64,000 bases of DNA. Source: Chloropicon primus. Its lineage: Eukaryota. The stretch lies in NCBI GenBank assembly GCA_023205875.1, contig CP060755.1, positions 1,302,001 through 1,366,000 of the forward strand, given 5' to 3'. Of the stretch, positions 21,012-31,336 are shown piece by piece. Numbering within the stretch: the first letter of the stretch is position 1; every line of letters begins with the position of its first letter. A program made the translations under genes and the position numbers. The notes under the pieces are model-generated. The model did not search any database. It was not told where the DNA came from and saw nothing but the letters and a program-made list of their open reading frames with translations.

Positions 21012-22952
21012 TCAGGAGGTCGCTGCCTTGAACTTAAACGTGTTTCTCTTCAGCCTGCTGACTTTGGGGACGCCCACGTTGGCGGAGGACGAAAGGCCAG
21101 CACCACCGCCCTTGGCTCCGATCGGCTTGTTCTTCGGTAGACCCGCTTCCCGGTTCGAGTTCTTCCTTGCGGAGAGTGGGCGGGTTCGTGGCACCTTGAA
21201 ACCCTTGTAGTTGGCCTGCTTTGCCTTTTCCGTGGGCGATTCGTTTGCTCGGGCGTTGGCGTCCTCGTTGCTCGTGGCCAGGAACTCGTACTGATCGACT
21301 TTTGGTTCCGGGACGCCGGGACCCTCGTCGTCGTCGTCGTCCTCGAACTCCCCCCCGCGCCCGTTCGAGTAGCGAGCGACGCACTCCTCCCCGTCATCTT
21401 CGGAGAGGAGAGAGCGCCCACCGGGCGAGCTCTCGTCCCTCTCCTCCTTCCCCATCCCCGCCCCGCCCCTCAGTCGCGCCCCGTCGTCCGGACCCGCGTC
21501 GCCTCGGCTTGGCCTCTTCTCCCCGGGACCCGGCTTGGCCTCCTCCACCGGGGTCTCCCTGAATGTGGCGACCTTGTGCTCCTGCTTGACGACTCCGATC
21601 ACGGGCGGCTCGGGAAGGGACGCAGTCAGCACCTCGCCCTCGGAGGCTTTGGCCATGCTCGCCACCTCATCCATGGGCAGCTCGAGGTTCTGCTTCATTT
21701 CCTTGAGAAGCTTGGTCATCTTCTGCTGGTAGCCAAACACCTGCTCCTCGAAAGCGAGGCTCTCCGCTTCGTACTGAACGGCCGTGAGGAGCCTGTTCCC
21801 TCCCCCCGCCCTCGCGGACATCGGCCTGGCTCCCGGCGTCGAGGACGCGGCGGGGTTTTGGGCGCTGGATGGCCTGGACGCTCCCATGGACCTCCTCCTT
21901 GGAGCGGGCGGCCTCGCGCCGGGTGGGGCTCTTGGCATGATCTTCCCCTCCTGTCCCGCCGCAGAGCTCGGTGGTGCTGGCCTCGGGGCCGAGCTCGCTT
22001 TCACGTCCCTGTCGTCCAGGCACTCCAAGCAGGGGAACATGTCGAGCGCTTGGGCCCTGTGCGCATCCTGGCCCCCCATCGCGAAAGGGTTGCCTTCCAC
22101 CTTGAGGTCCCTGAGCTCCTCCAGGGGGCTCAAGGCCTTGAGCGCGTCAATGTCGCACAACCTGTTTTTGCTCAGGTCGAGTATCTCGACGACAGGAAAG
22201 TTCTCGATCCCGACCAGGTCCTCGAACTTGTTCCCCGACAGGTAAAGCTCCGTGGCTTCCTCGAACCTTTTGCTCAAGTTCGAGAGGCTCGATATGCAGT
22301 TGTCCTCCACCCTAACGATGTCCAAGTCCCTGGCGTATTTTTCAATCCCCTTGATTGATTTGATCTCGTTGCCGCTGGCCTGGAACTCCTTGAGCTGGCA
22401 CGGGCTCACGGGGAGGCCCTTCAAGTCCCTCAGCTTGTTGTTGTTCAAGGAAAGCTGCTCCAGCTTGCCAAGACCCGAAAGCCCTTGCAGCTTCTCGATG
22501 CCGTTCGAGCTCAGGTCCAAGATTCGCAGGCAGGTCGGCAGACTGCCGGGCGATATGTCCTGCAAGTTATTAAACGCCGCGCTGAGCTCGTGCAGGAACT
22601 TGAGGTTCTCCAGCCCCTCGAAGCGCGTCAGCTTGTTCGAGTCGACGGACAGGATCTGGAGGTTCACGAGGTGGTGCACGCCGTGCAGGCTGTCGAGGTT
22701 ATTGTTGTAGAGTCTCAAAACTTTCAAGTTCTTCAGGTACCTCATGCTCACAAGGGACGTGACCAGATTGAACGAGAGGTCCAGCTTCCTCAGACTCGTG
22801 CACTCCTCCAGCACGCTGATGCCCTTCACCTGCCGGTTGTGGAACTCCAGGGAAGTCACCTTTTCTGGCTCCTCCCTCGTCTCCTCCATGATGAGTGCGC
22901 GCGTGAGCTCCACGCCCTTCTTCTCGTCCGCATCCTCCCTTTCCTCCCTCAT
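21012..22952 (-). CDS. Leucine-rich repeat protein (SDS22-like LRRs, LRRcap, low-complexity C-terminus)
   Basis: About 11 LxxLxLxxNxL repeats, then LKVEGNPF...FPCLECLDD (LRRcap); RPxSA motifs in the tail; first ATG at 22952. Confidence 0.85.
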   Translation of the reverse strand: MREEREDADEKKGVELTRALIMEETREEPEKVTSLEFHNRQVKGISVLEECTSLRKLDLSFNLVTSLVSMRYLKNLKVLRLYNNNLDSLHGVHHLVNLQILSVDSNKLTRFEGLENLKFLHELSAAFNNLQDISPGSLPTCLRILDLSSNGIEKLQGLSGLGKLEQLSLNNNKLRDLKGLPVSPCQLKEFQASGNEIKSIKGIEKYARDLDIVRVEDNCISSLSNLSKRFEEATELYLSGNKFEDLVGIENFPVVEILDLSKNRLCDIDALKALSPLEELRDLKVEGNPFAMGGQDAHRAQALDMFPCLECLDDRDVKASSAPRPAPPSSAAGQEGKIMPRAPPGARPPAPRRRSMGASRPSSAQNPAASSTPGARPMSARAGGGNRLLTAVQYEAESLAFEEQVFGYQQKMTKLLKEMKQNLELPMDEVASMAKASEGEVLTASLPEPPVIGVVKQEHKVATFRETPVEEAKPGPGEKRPSRGDAGPDDGARLRGGAGMGKEERDESSPGGRSLLSEDDGEECVARYSNGRGGEFEDDDDDEGPGVPEPKVDQYEFLATSNEDANARANESPTEKAKQANYKGFKVPRTRPLSARKNSNREAGLPKNKPIGAKGGGAGLSSSANVGVPKVSRLKRNTFKFKAATS

Positions 22953-23154
22953 CTTGCACACAGGGACGAGGACGACGCCTTGGTCGACACCACAGAAGAC
23001 TACTAGTCCTTGACGAAGCTTTCACCTCGGCATTCAAAAAAAAAGAAAGCTTGTTGTGTGCAACAACATTTCCCAAAATTTCGAAACCTGTGACGGATTG
23101 GCACATGACATTGGCAAGCCTTGGCTCTTGGCTCTTCCTTCCGGGCCCGGTGAC

Positions 23155-23190
<36 letters not shown>
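23155..23190. repeat. (GAT)12 microsatellite between GLDP and the LRR gene
   Basis: Perfect GAT run read directly. Confidence 0.95.
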
Positions 23191-23191
<1 letters not shown>

Positions 23192-23246
23192 GGATGATGG
23201 GTGAACTTGTTAACCTGTTACAATTAAATCGAGGAAAAGTGGTGGC

Positions 23247-26200
23247 TTACTCGGCCTGGGCGTACGCAGAAATATCGTCGCAGCAGAGCGTGGTCTGCAA
23301 GTTCCTGTCCCCGAAAACGTTGTCAACCCTGCTAGTGGTGGGCCAGAACTTGAAGTCCTTGAGGTAACCAATAGGGAAGGCAGCCATCTCTCTCGAGTAT
23401 GGGTGCTCCCACTTCTCAGCCATGACAACATCCTGGGTGTGGGGGGCGTTCTTAAGCGGGTTGTTGACAGGGTCAAGCTGGCCTGACTCGACCATGGCGA
23501 TCTCCTTGCGGATGGCGATCATGGCGTCGCAGAACCTGTCCAACTCGTCCTTGGACTCACTCTCGGTTGGCTCGACCATCAGGGTGCCGGTGACAGGCCA
23601 GGACATGGTCGGGGCGTGGTACCCGTAGTCAATGAGCCTCTTGGCAATGTCCTCGGCCTCGATGTTGGCGCTGTCCTTGAAAGGTCTGACGTCCAGAATG
23701 AACTCGTGAGCAACCGTGCCGTTCTCCCCCTTGTAGAGAATCTCGTAGTCCTCGGACAAGCGAGAGGCCATGTAGTTGGCGTTGAGGATGGCGTGCTCAG
23801 AAGCCTTGGTCAGTCCCTTGCTTCCCATCATGACCAGGTAGGCGTAAGAGATCGCGAGAATCAAAGACGAGCCGTGCGGAGCCGCGGCCATGCAACCGAA
23901 AGGCTTCTTCTCATCGACGGCAGGCATCGCCCCGGTTGGGACGACAGGGTGGGAGGGCAAGAAAGGAGCCAAATGGGCCTTGACTCCGATTGGTCCCATG
24001 CCTGGGCCACCACCTCCGTGAGGGATGGCGAAGGTCTTGTGAAGGTTGAGGTGGCAGACGTCAGCCCCGATGAGTCCTGGGCTGGTGAGTCCCACCTGGG
24101 CGTTCATGTTGGCACCGTCCATGTAGACCTGGCCCCCGTTGTCGTGGATGATCTGGCAGATCTCGTCGATCCTGGACTCGTACACCCCGTAGGTGGACGG
24201 GTAGGTGACCATCAGGGCCCCGAGGTTCTCGGCGTTCTTCGCGACCTTTACCTTCAAGTCCTCGATGTCGACGTTCCCCTGGGCGTCGGTCTTGCAAGTC
24301 ACGATCTTCATTCCCGACATGACGGCACTGGCTGGGTTGGTTCCGTGAGCAGAGACAGGGATGATGCACACGTTCCTGTGGTAGTCACCGTTGTTCCTGT
24401 GGTAGGCCCTGATGGCCATGAGGCCGGCATACTCCCCGGATGCGCCACTGTTCGGCTGCATGGACATCGCGTCGAATCCCGTGACCTCGCACAGAATGTC
24501 GGCAAGGTTCCCGATCATCTCCTTGTATCCCGCGGCCTGGTCCTCTGGGGCGAAGGGGTGCATGTTGGCGAACTCCCCCATGGTGATCGGCATCATCTCA
24601 GAGGTCGCGTTGAGCTTCATGGTACAAGAACCCAAAGGAATCATCGAGTGGCACAAGGAAAGATCCTTGGCCTCGAGCCTGGCCAGGTACCTGAGCATCT
24701 CGTGCTCGGAGTGGTACGTGTTGAACACGGGGTGGGTCAAGAAGTCACTGGTTCTCTTGAAGCCCCCGGCGTTGCAGGTCACGCCCTGCGCGAGGGACTC
24801 GGCGGTGAACGAGGCCGACCCGCCGGAGAGGACGGAGAAGAGCACGTCCACGTCCTCAAGGGAGGAAGTCTCGTCGAAGGCGATGGACACGTGGCTCTCG
24901 TCCAGCTGCCGGATGTTGTACCCCTTGGCGACCGCGGCCTCGACGACTCCGGCAGCCTTGCCGCCGCCGACGTTGACGGAGACGGTGTCGAAGAAGAGGT
25001 CGGACTTGACGCTCATGCCGAGCTCCTTGGCTCCCGCGGCCAGGATGCCGGCGAGCCCATGGACTCTGCCCGCGATCTGCTTCAGGCCCTCAGGGCCGTG
25101 GTAGACGGCGTACATGGCGGCGATGTTGGCGAGGAGAGCCTGAGCCGTGCAGATGTTCGAAGTTGCCTTCTCCCTCCTGATGTGCTGCTCGCGGGTCTGC
25201 ATGGCCATGCGGAGGGCAGGGTTCCCGTGCTGGTCGATGCTGGTTCCGATGACGCGGCCGGGCATGATCCTCTTGTACTCCTCGGCGGTGGCCAGGAAGG
25301 CGGCGTGGGGGCCGCCGTACCCCATGGGGACGCCGAAGCGCTGGGAGGACCCGATGGCGATGTCGGCGCCGAGCTCACCCGGGGGGGTGAGCATGGTCAA
25401 GGCCAGGAGGTCGGTCGCCATGACGACCTTGGCGTTCACGGCGTGCGCGGCGTCGATGACCGAGCCGTACTCGTTCAGGGAGCCGTCAGTAGCGGGGTAC
25501 TGGAGGAGGACCCCGCACACGTCGTTCCCGCTGAAGTCAAAGTCGGCCTCGGGGGACACGACGCACTCGAGGCCGAGCCCTTCGGCCCTCGAGGTGCACA
25601 CCGCGATGGTCTGCGGGTGGCACTTGTCCGAAACCAGGAACTTTGGCTTCTTGCCGTTGGCCTTGGCGCTGCACATGGTCATGGCCTCGGCGGCGGCGGT
25701 GGCCTCGTCCAGGAGGGAGGCGTTCGCCATGGGGAAGCCGGTCAGGTCGGTGATCATGGTCTGGAAGTTCAGGAGGGACTCCAGCCTGCCCTGGGAGATC
25801 TCGGCCTGGTACGGGGTGTACTGCGTGTACCAGCCGGGGTTCTCCAGGAGGTTCCTGAGGATCACCGTCGGCGTCAGGGTGCCGTAGTACCCCATCCCGA
25901 TGAAGTTCTTGTTCACGACGTTCTTGCTCCCGAGCTCCTGCATGTGCTCGAGGAACTTGTTCTCCGTCATGGCCTCGGTAAACTGGCCCAGGTCCAGCTC
26001 CGTCTGCTTGCGGATGTGGGTGGGCACGGTCTTGTCGATGAGCTCCGAGAGCGACTCGAACCCGCAGTCCTTGGCCATCTTGCCCTCGATGCACGCCGGG
26101 GCGTTGCTGATGTGCCTCGGGATGAAGCTAGAACGGAGAAGAAGAAGAACCCAGGGAGAGGAGAGAGAGAGGGAGAGGAGGGGGTGTCAGTGGTTGCGGT

Positions 26201-26624
26201 CGCCAAAGACGCGGTTGGTTACGCTTTTTTCGTGTGCGTGCGCGGGGCGTGAGCGTGAGCGACGACCACAGAAGATACAGATAAGACGGATCTCGTTGTG
26301 GCGACAGGGTTGGTTGTTGCCCTCGGGAGTCTCGTACGAGAGCAAGGAAGAAGCGAGAAAACACGGGAGGAAGCACAGTTCCCCCAAACCGATCGAGGGT
26401 CCGCCCTGGAACCCGTCCCCTCACCTGTCGCTCGGCCTCAAGCTCTCCACAGAGATGGATCTCCCGGTCTGGACGTAGCCATTGCTCTTGGCCAACGCCA
26501 ACGCCCCCGCGGTCGTCAGGTTGTACTCCTCCGCCGGCCTCGCCGCGATCCTCGCAACGGGAGACAGGGAGGTCTTCCCCCTGCGCGTCAGCACGCGCGC
26601 CACGGCACTCGCCACCATGGACAT
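23247..26624 (-). CDS. GLDP: Glycine decarboxylase P protein, mitochondrial, 2 exons
   Basis: Exon 1 mitochondrial-type presequence ending [12 protein letters not shown]; intron 26128-26424; [35 protein letters not shown] and [18 protein letters not shown] (PLP lysine) motifs. Confidence 0.97.
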
Positions 26625-27406
26625 CTTCCCTCTCTTGGAACTTCACGAGCAGCGTCCCAGCTCTCGCGAAAACACCACGTTTGGTTTCGGGCCTCGTCAC
26701 TCCCTTCCCCTCAGCCACAGATTTAGATTCCCCTTCTTGTTCTCTCTGGGTGAGGATCAGGTGTTCGTGGATGTCGCTGGCCTGGACGGAAAAATCTTAG
26801 CGAAAAGAAATCTCGAGGGAAATCCAGAGAGGGGAGGATCCCTAGGGGAGGATCCTGGAGGAGGATCCAAAGTAGTACTCCCACAAGCGAGAGTATATAC
26901 AACACACTCCCTTCCTTCTCCGGCCAAACCAAACCAAACCAAACATCCTTTTTCTTTGCCTCCTCCATTTTTCCTTTCTCCTTCCCTTTTTTTTCCTTTT
27001 TCCTTTGTTTGACCGTTGCATTCGATATCGTATTTCCTTAAGTGAACCCCAAGGTCTGCAGTTCTCCCCTTGGAGACAAAGGACGCGCGCAAGAAGAGAG
27101 GTCTCCCTCTCCCTCTCCCTCTCCCTCTCTCCGTATTTCTTCTTCTTTCTGTGATTTCATGAGGGAAGAACAAGACTCAACTGTATTGTTCAAGGGGAAG
27201 GGAAGTCATCGTCGTCGTCGTTGCGCGCGCGCGTGTGTCTCTCGCTCTCGCTCGCTCGGTCAGTCGACTCCGCCTGTCTCGTCGTCGACTGGAATGAGAT
27301 ACAGGTGCCGCGAGTGAAGCCGAACAAGACGGTGTGACAAAGACAGGACGACGGGACAAGAGTATCCCTCGCGAGGAGGGATTTGACTGCTACGACTAGG
27401 GGCAGA

Positions 27407-30400
27407 ATGAACCAGAGCGTAAGTGTGGCTTCTCTCTGGTAGAGTCCGGGAATCCTCTCCCCTGACGCTGGAACTGACACGGACCTCTCTCTCTCGTCTC
27501 GTCTCGTCTCTCTTGTCTGACGGCAACAGATGCAATCGATATACGGGGTCGCGAGAAAGGGGGGGGAGTCTGACCCCCACCCCCACTCGAGCGGCAACAA
27601 TGGCGGAGTCCCCCGAAGCCTGCTCACGAGCTCGAACAGGGGGGTGATCTACCAGCAGAGGGGGATAGGGAGGCAAATCAGCAGCTGGCTCCTGGAGCCC
27701 GTCAAGCTGCAGGGGAACAAGGAGTCCGCCGCCTCGAGCACCTTGGGGTACGCCGTGGACATAAAGAAGTCCTTGCCCAAGCTCGGCCTCGCGGACCAGG
27801 CAAAGCAGGCCAAGGGAAGGTCCTCGGTGTCCAAGGGCGGCGGGGCCGCGGCGGCGGCGGGGGGCACGGTTCTCCCCTCCATCTCGGGCAAGCTGAACCC
27901 CTACAGGACCTCGGACATCAAGTTCTTGAAGAAGCAGAACAACCTCGAGAAGGGGCAGAGGGACAACTGGCAGGGAAGCTCCCCGGGAAAGCGGAAGAAG
28001 GTCAAGCGCAGCAGGACCCCGCCGAAGAAGCAGACCAGGCTGCAGAGCAAGGTGGAGATCTACAGCACGAACGCCGTGAAGAGCCGGCCAAAGCCCGCCA
28101 AGGTTGGGGCCTACAAGCCCGCCAGGAAGCAGAAGGGCCAGGCCCTGCCGAAGACGTTCCACACGTCCAACCTCGCGACCAGGGCCAAGCTGCTGACGGC
28201 GTTCCTCCGGCAGTCCGCGCAGAACGTGGACCTGCTGGAGGACACCCTCCAGTTCATCTCGTCGGAGACCAAGCACGACATCCTGATGAGACACGCCCAG
28301 CTCCTGGTGAGCCACCAGTACTACTTTTCCAGCATCCGGATTGCCCACCAGCAGCAAGATTCCTTGGGCACGGTGCTCCAGGACCTGATGCAGAGGATAA
28401 CGGGCAGCATGCAAGGGGGGTCCACGGTGAGTCGAAAGTGGAAGTGGAACCTCGTGGACCACGAGCTGTTTGTCAGGCAGTTTGGCGATCTGAAGATCGT
28501 CCAGCAGTACCGGGGGGTGAGAAAGAAGTTGCTGGGCATGGGCGAGAACGGCGTGGTCGCGCTCGCGAGGGTCGAGAAGGAGATCTTGCTCAAGGTGGTC
28601 AGCGATTTCATGGAGCAGCTCTCTTTGCCGTCCTATCCAAAGGCCGTGGTCTCCGAGCTCATGAAGGAGGAGACCGGAGCGTCCGCCGTCCAGGAGGAGA
28701 ACGTCCCCGAGGAACCAGCCAAGGCGGATGCAGAGGAATTCTCCCTCCAGGCATCCAAGAGGGCACAGCCAGTCAAGCAACAGCCGGCCGTCTCCGCACC
28801 AGGGACGGCGGAGAAGGGAGCACCGCCAACGGAAGGAGAACGGAGGCCACCCTCCCCGCCGATCGAGACGGGGGAGGTGGCCGCTCCCTCTGCGGAGAAG
28901 AGCTGGCAAGAGATCGAGAAGGAGAGGCTGGAGGAAGAGATGAGAGCAGTCAGGGAAGAAATGGGTGACGGGGAAAAGTCGGAGAAGGAGAAGGAAGTGG
29001 AGACTCCCGCAAAGGTGGAGCCCGCCGCAGAGGAGGAGTCTAAGAAGTCGGAACCTCCTGCGGAAGCGACCCGTGCGGAGGAGGAGGACCCCGCACCTGC
29101 TGGGACCGAGGCTGCAGTGGAAGCGGAAAAGCCTGCCGCAGAAGAAGCTTCACCCCCACCACCGGCACCACCACAGGTGGATGAGCCGGCACCGCCGCCG
29201 CCGCCACAGGATGTGGCCGGGCTCGCTCCTCGCCCCCCTCCTCCAGCAGAAGAGGCTGCCGCTCCTGTGGAGCCGGTCTTGTCTGAGAGGGAATTGCTTG
29301 AAAAGGAAAGAGAAGCCATGCAGAGGGAATTGGAAGAGCTCGAGAGAGAGGAACCCGATGCGCGAGCGGAGGCGGCCACCACCCCTGCCAAGGAGGCAGC
29401 AGAGCCTGAACCAATTGTACCACCAGTAGAAGAATTGAAGAAGAAGGAGGAGGAGGAGGAGGCAGCGAAGAAGGCCAAGGAGGAGGCGGAAGCCAGGGCA
29501 AAGGCGGAAGCGGAAATGGAGGCCTTGAAGAAGCAGGAGGCGGAAGCAAAGGCTGCAAAGGACGCCAAGGAAAAGAAAGAGAGGGAGGAGATGGAGGCCA
29601 CGAAGAGGAAAGAGGAGGCCGAAGCAAAGGCCGCCAAGGAAAAGAAGGAAAGGGAGGAGATGGAGGCCATGAAGAGGAAGATGGAGGCCGAAGCAAAGGC
29701 TGCAAAGGCGAAGGCCGAGAAGGAGGCCGCCGAGAAGGCGAAGGCCGAGAAGGCGAAGGCCGAGAAGGCGAAGGCCGAGAAGGAAGCCGCCGAGAAGGAG
29801 GCGAGGGAAAAGGAAGAGCTGAAGAAGAAACAGGAAGCTGAAGCAAAGGCCGCCAAGGAAAAGAAGGAGAAGGAGGAGCAGGCTGCGGTAAAGATCCAGA
29901 GCAAGGCTCGTGGAATGTTGGCCAAGAAGAAGGTCAGCGAGAAGAGAGAGGCCAAGAAGGAGGAGCAGGCTGCGATCAAGATCCAGAGCAAGGCTCGTGG
30001 AATGCTGGCGAAGAAGAAGGTCGGCGAGAAGAGAGATGCCCAGCGCGCTCAAATCGAGAAGGAGAACCTGGCCAAGAAGCCCGAGCCCGAGTCTGAGGCC
30101 AAGCCTGAGCCTGAAAAGCCTGAAGCTGATGATCTTGATGACATTGAAAAGCTTCGGGAGCAAGCTCTTGAGGAGCAGAAACGGATTGCTAAAGAGGAGG
30201 GCGTGGACTTCGAAAGCACGCTCACGAAACCAGTTGAGGAGACGCGAGAAGTGGCCGCACCTGTTGCCTCGGCTGTTGATATTGCGCCCCCCGCCGAGGC
30301 TAGTCCTTCCCCGATTATTGCCTCGGCTGCACCTGTGCCCGAGGAAAAGCCTAAGCCCATCGAAAGGACGTTTGAGGACGTCGTAGCCTTGGAAGAGGAG

Positions 30401-31249
30401 AAGCAGGAGAAGGCTGAGCAAGACATTGAGCAGGCCATCAAGAAAATGAGGGAGGAGATGAGGCAAGAGAAGGAGCGCTTGAGGAAGGAGATGGAGGAGA
30501 AGAGGAGGAAGTTGCAAGAAGCCAGGCAGCGAAAGCGTGAGTCTGCTACTTGGAAGAAGACTCCGATCACTATCTCAACAGAGAGCCCCCTCAAGGCCGA
30601 CAAAGAGCCTTCGAAGCTCACCGAGGCGATCCAGGAGGAACCTGAACCGGTCAAGGAAGAAGAGCGGCCTCCACCATTGTCAGTGATGAAGCCCGAACCG
30701 GTACCCATCATGCGGCCAGCTGAAGTTCCAAAGCCGAGGGAGCCAGAAGCCCCGAAGGCTTCCTTTGAGAAGGAAATCCATCAAGCCTTGCAGCATGTCC
30801 AGGAGCAGCTGGCAATGCAGCAACAGCAGTTCTTGCAGATGCAATTCACAAACATGCAGATGACCCCCGGAGGGCCAATGCCAACCCCCCTGGTGAGAGG
30901 TGGCATGCCAATGAACCCCATGATGACTCCCCTGAAGGAAAATGCCATGGCAACCCCAGGCATGCAACAGATGGGCCAAGCTGCGAACAACAATCCTCCA
31001 ACACAAGAGGAAATCAACGAGTACGCTGTCTATTTGGGAATGGACCCTGTTGCAGACAAAGATCTGTTGTACATTGCGGAGTGGGCTCTGTCTGCTCCCC
31101 TTCCGGAAGGTTGGACGGAACACGTGGATACGTCAGGCAACGAGTTCTACTTTAACAGCATGACTGGTGTATCAACTTACGAGCATCCCCTTGATGGTCA
31201 GTTCCGAGAGTATTATAGGCAAATGAAAATGCAGAACGCCCAGAGGTGA
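27407..31249 (+). CDS. Large protein with E/K/A-rich coiled coil, two IQ motifs and a C-terminal CEP164-like WW module
   Basis: Main exon 27530-31249; probable 12-nt first exon ATGAACCAGAGC (27407-27418) with intron 27419-27529; IQSKARGMLAKK twice; LPEGW...FYFNSMTGVSTYEHP WW domain. Confidence 0.8.
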
Positions 31250-31336
31250 AAGGCGATGGCGCCGCACGGAGTGTAAAATAGTTAACGTTTGGAAATACAT
31301 GCTCATATGATGATGAACCACATTATTTTTTTTTGC

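Larger units (their letters stand above)
18518..21465. repeat. Direct tandem segmental duplication, 2 x 1474 bp (18518-19991 and 19992-21465)
   Basis: Identical ORF pairs at offset 1474 (18965/20439, 19170/20644, 19279/20753); C-run microhomology at the junction; two substitutions seen (19873/21347 and 19875/21349). Confidence 0.97.

Noticed and set aside
18518..21465. Duplication interpreted as an LTR element or transposon
   Set aside because: The copies abut directly, consist of host gene fragments, and have no TG...CA ends, target-site duplication or transposase/RT coding.
23616..26252. 878-aa plus-strand ORF
   Set aside because: Antisense shadow of the GC3-rich GLDP gene; no recognisable motifs. 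The same applies to other long antisense ORFs (32072-34147, 45040-47202, 27260-28909).
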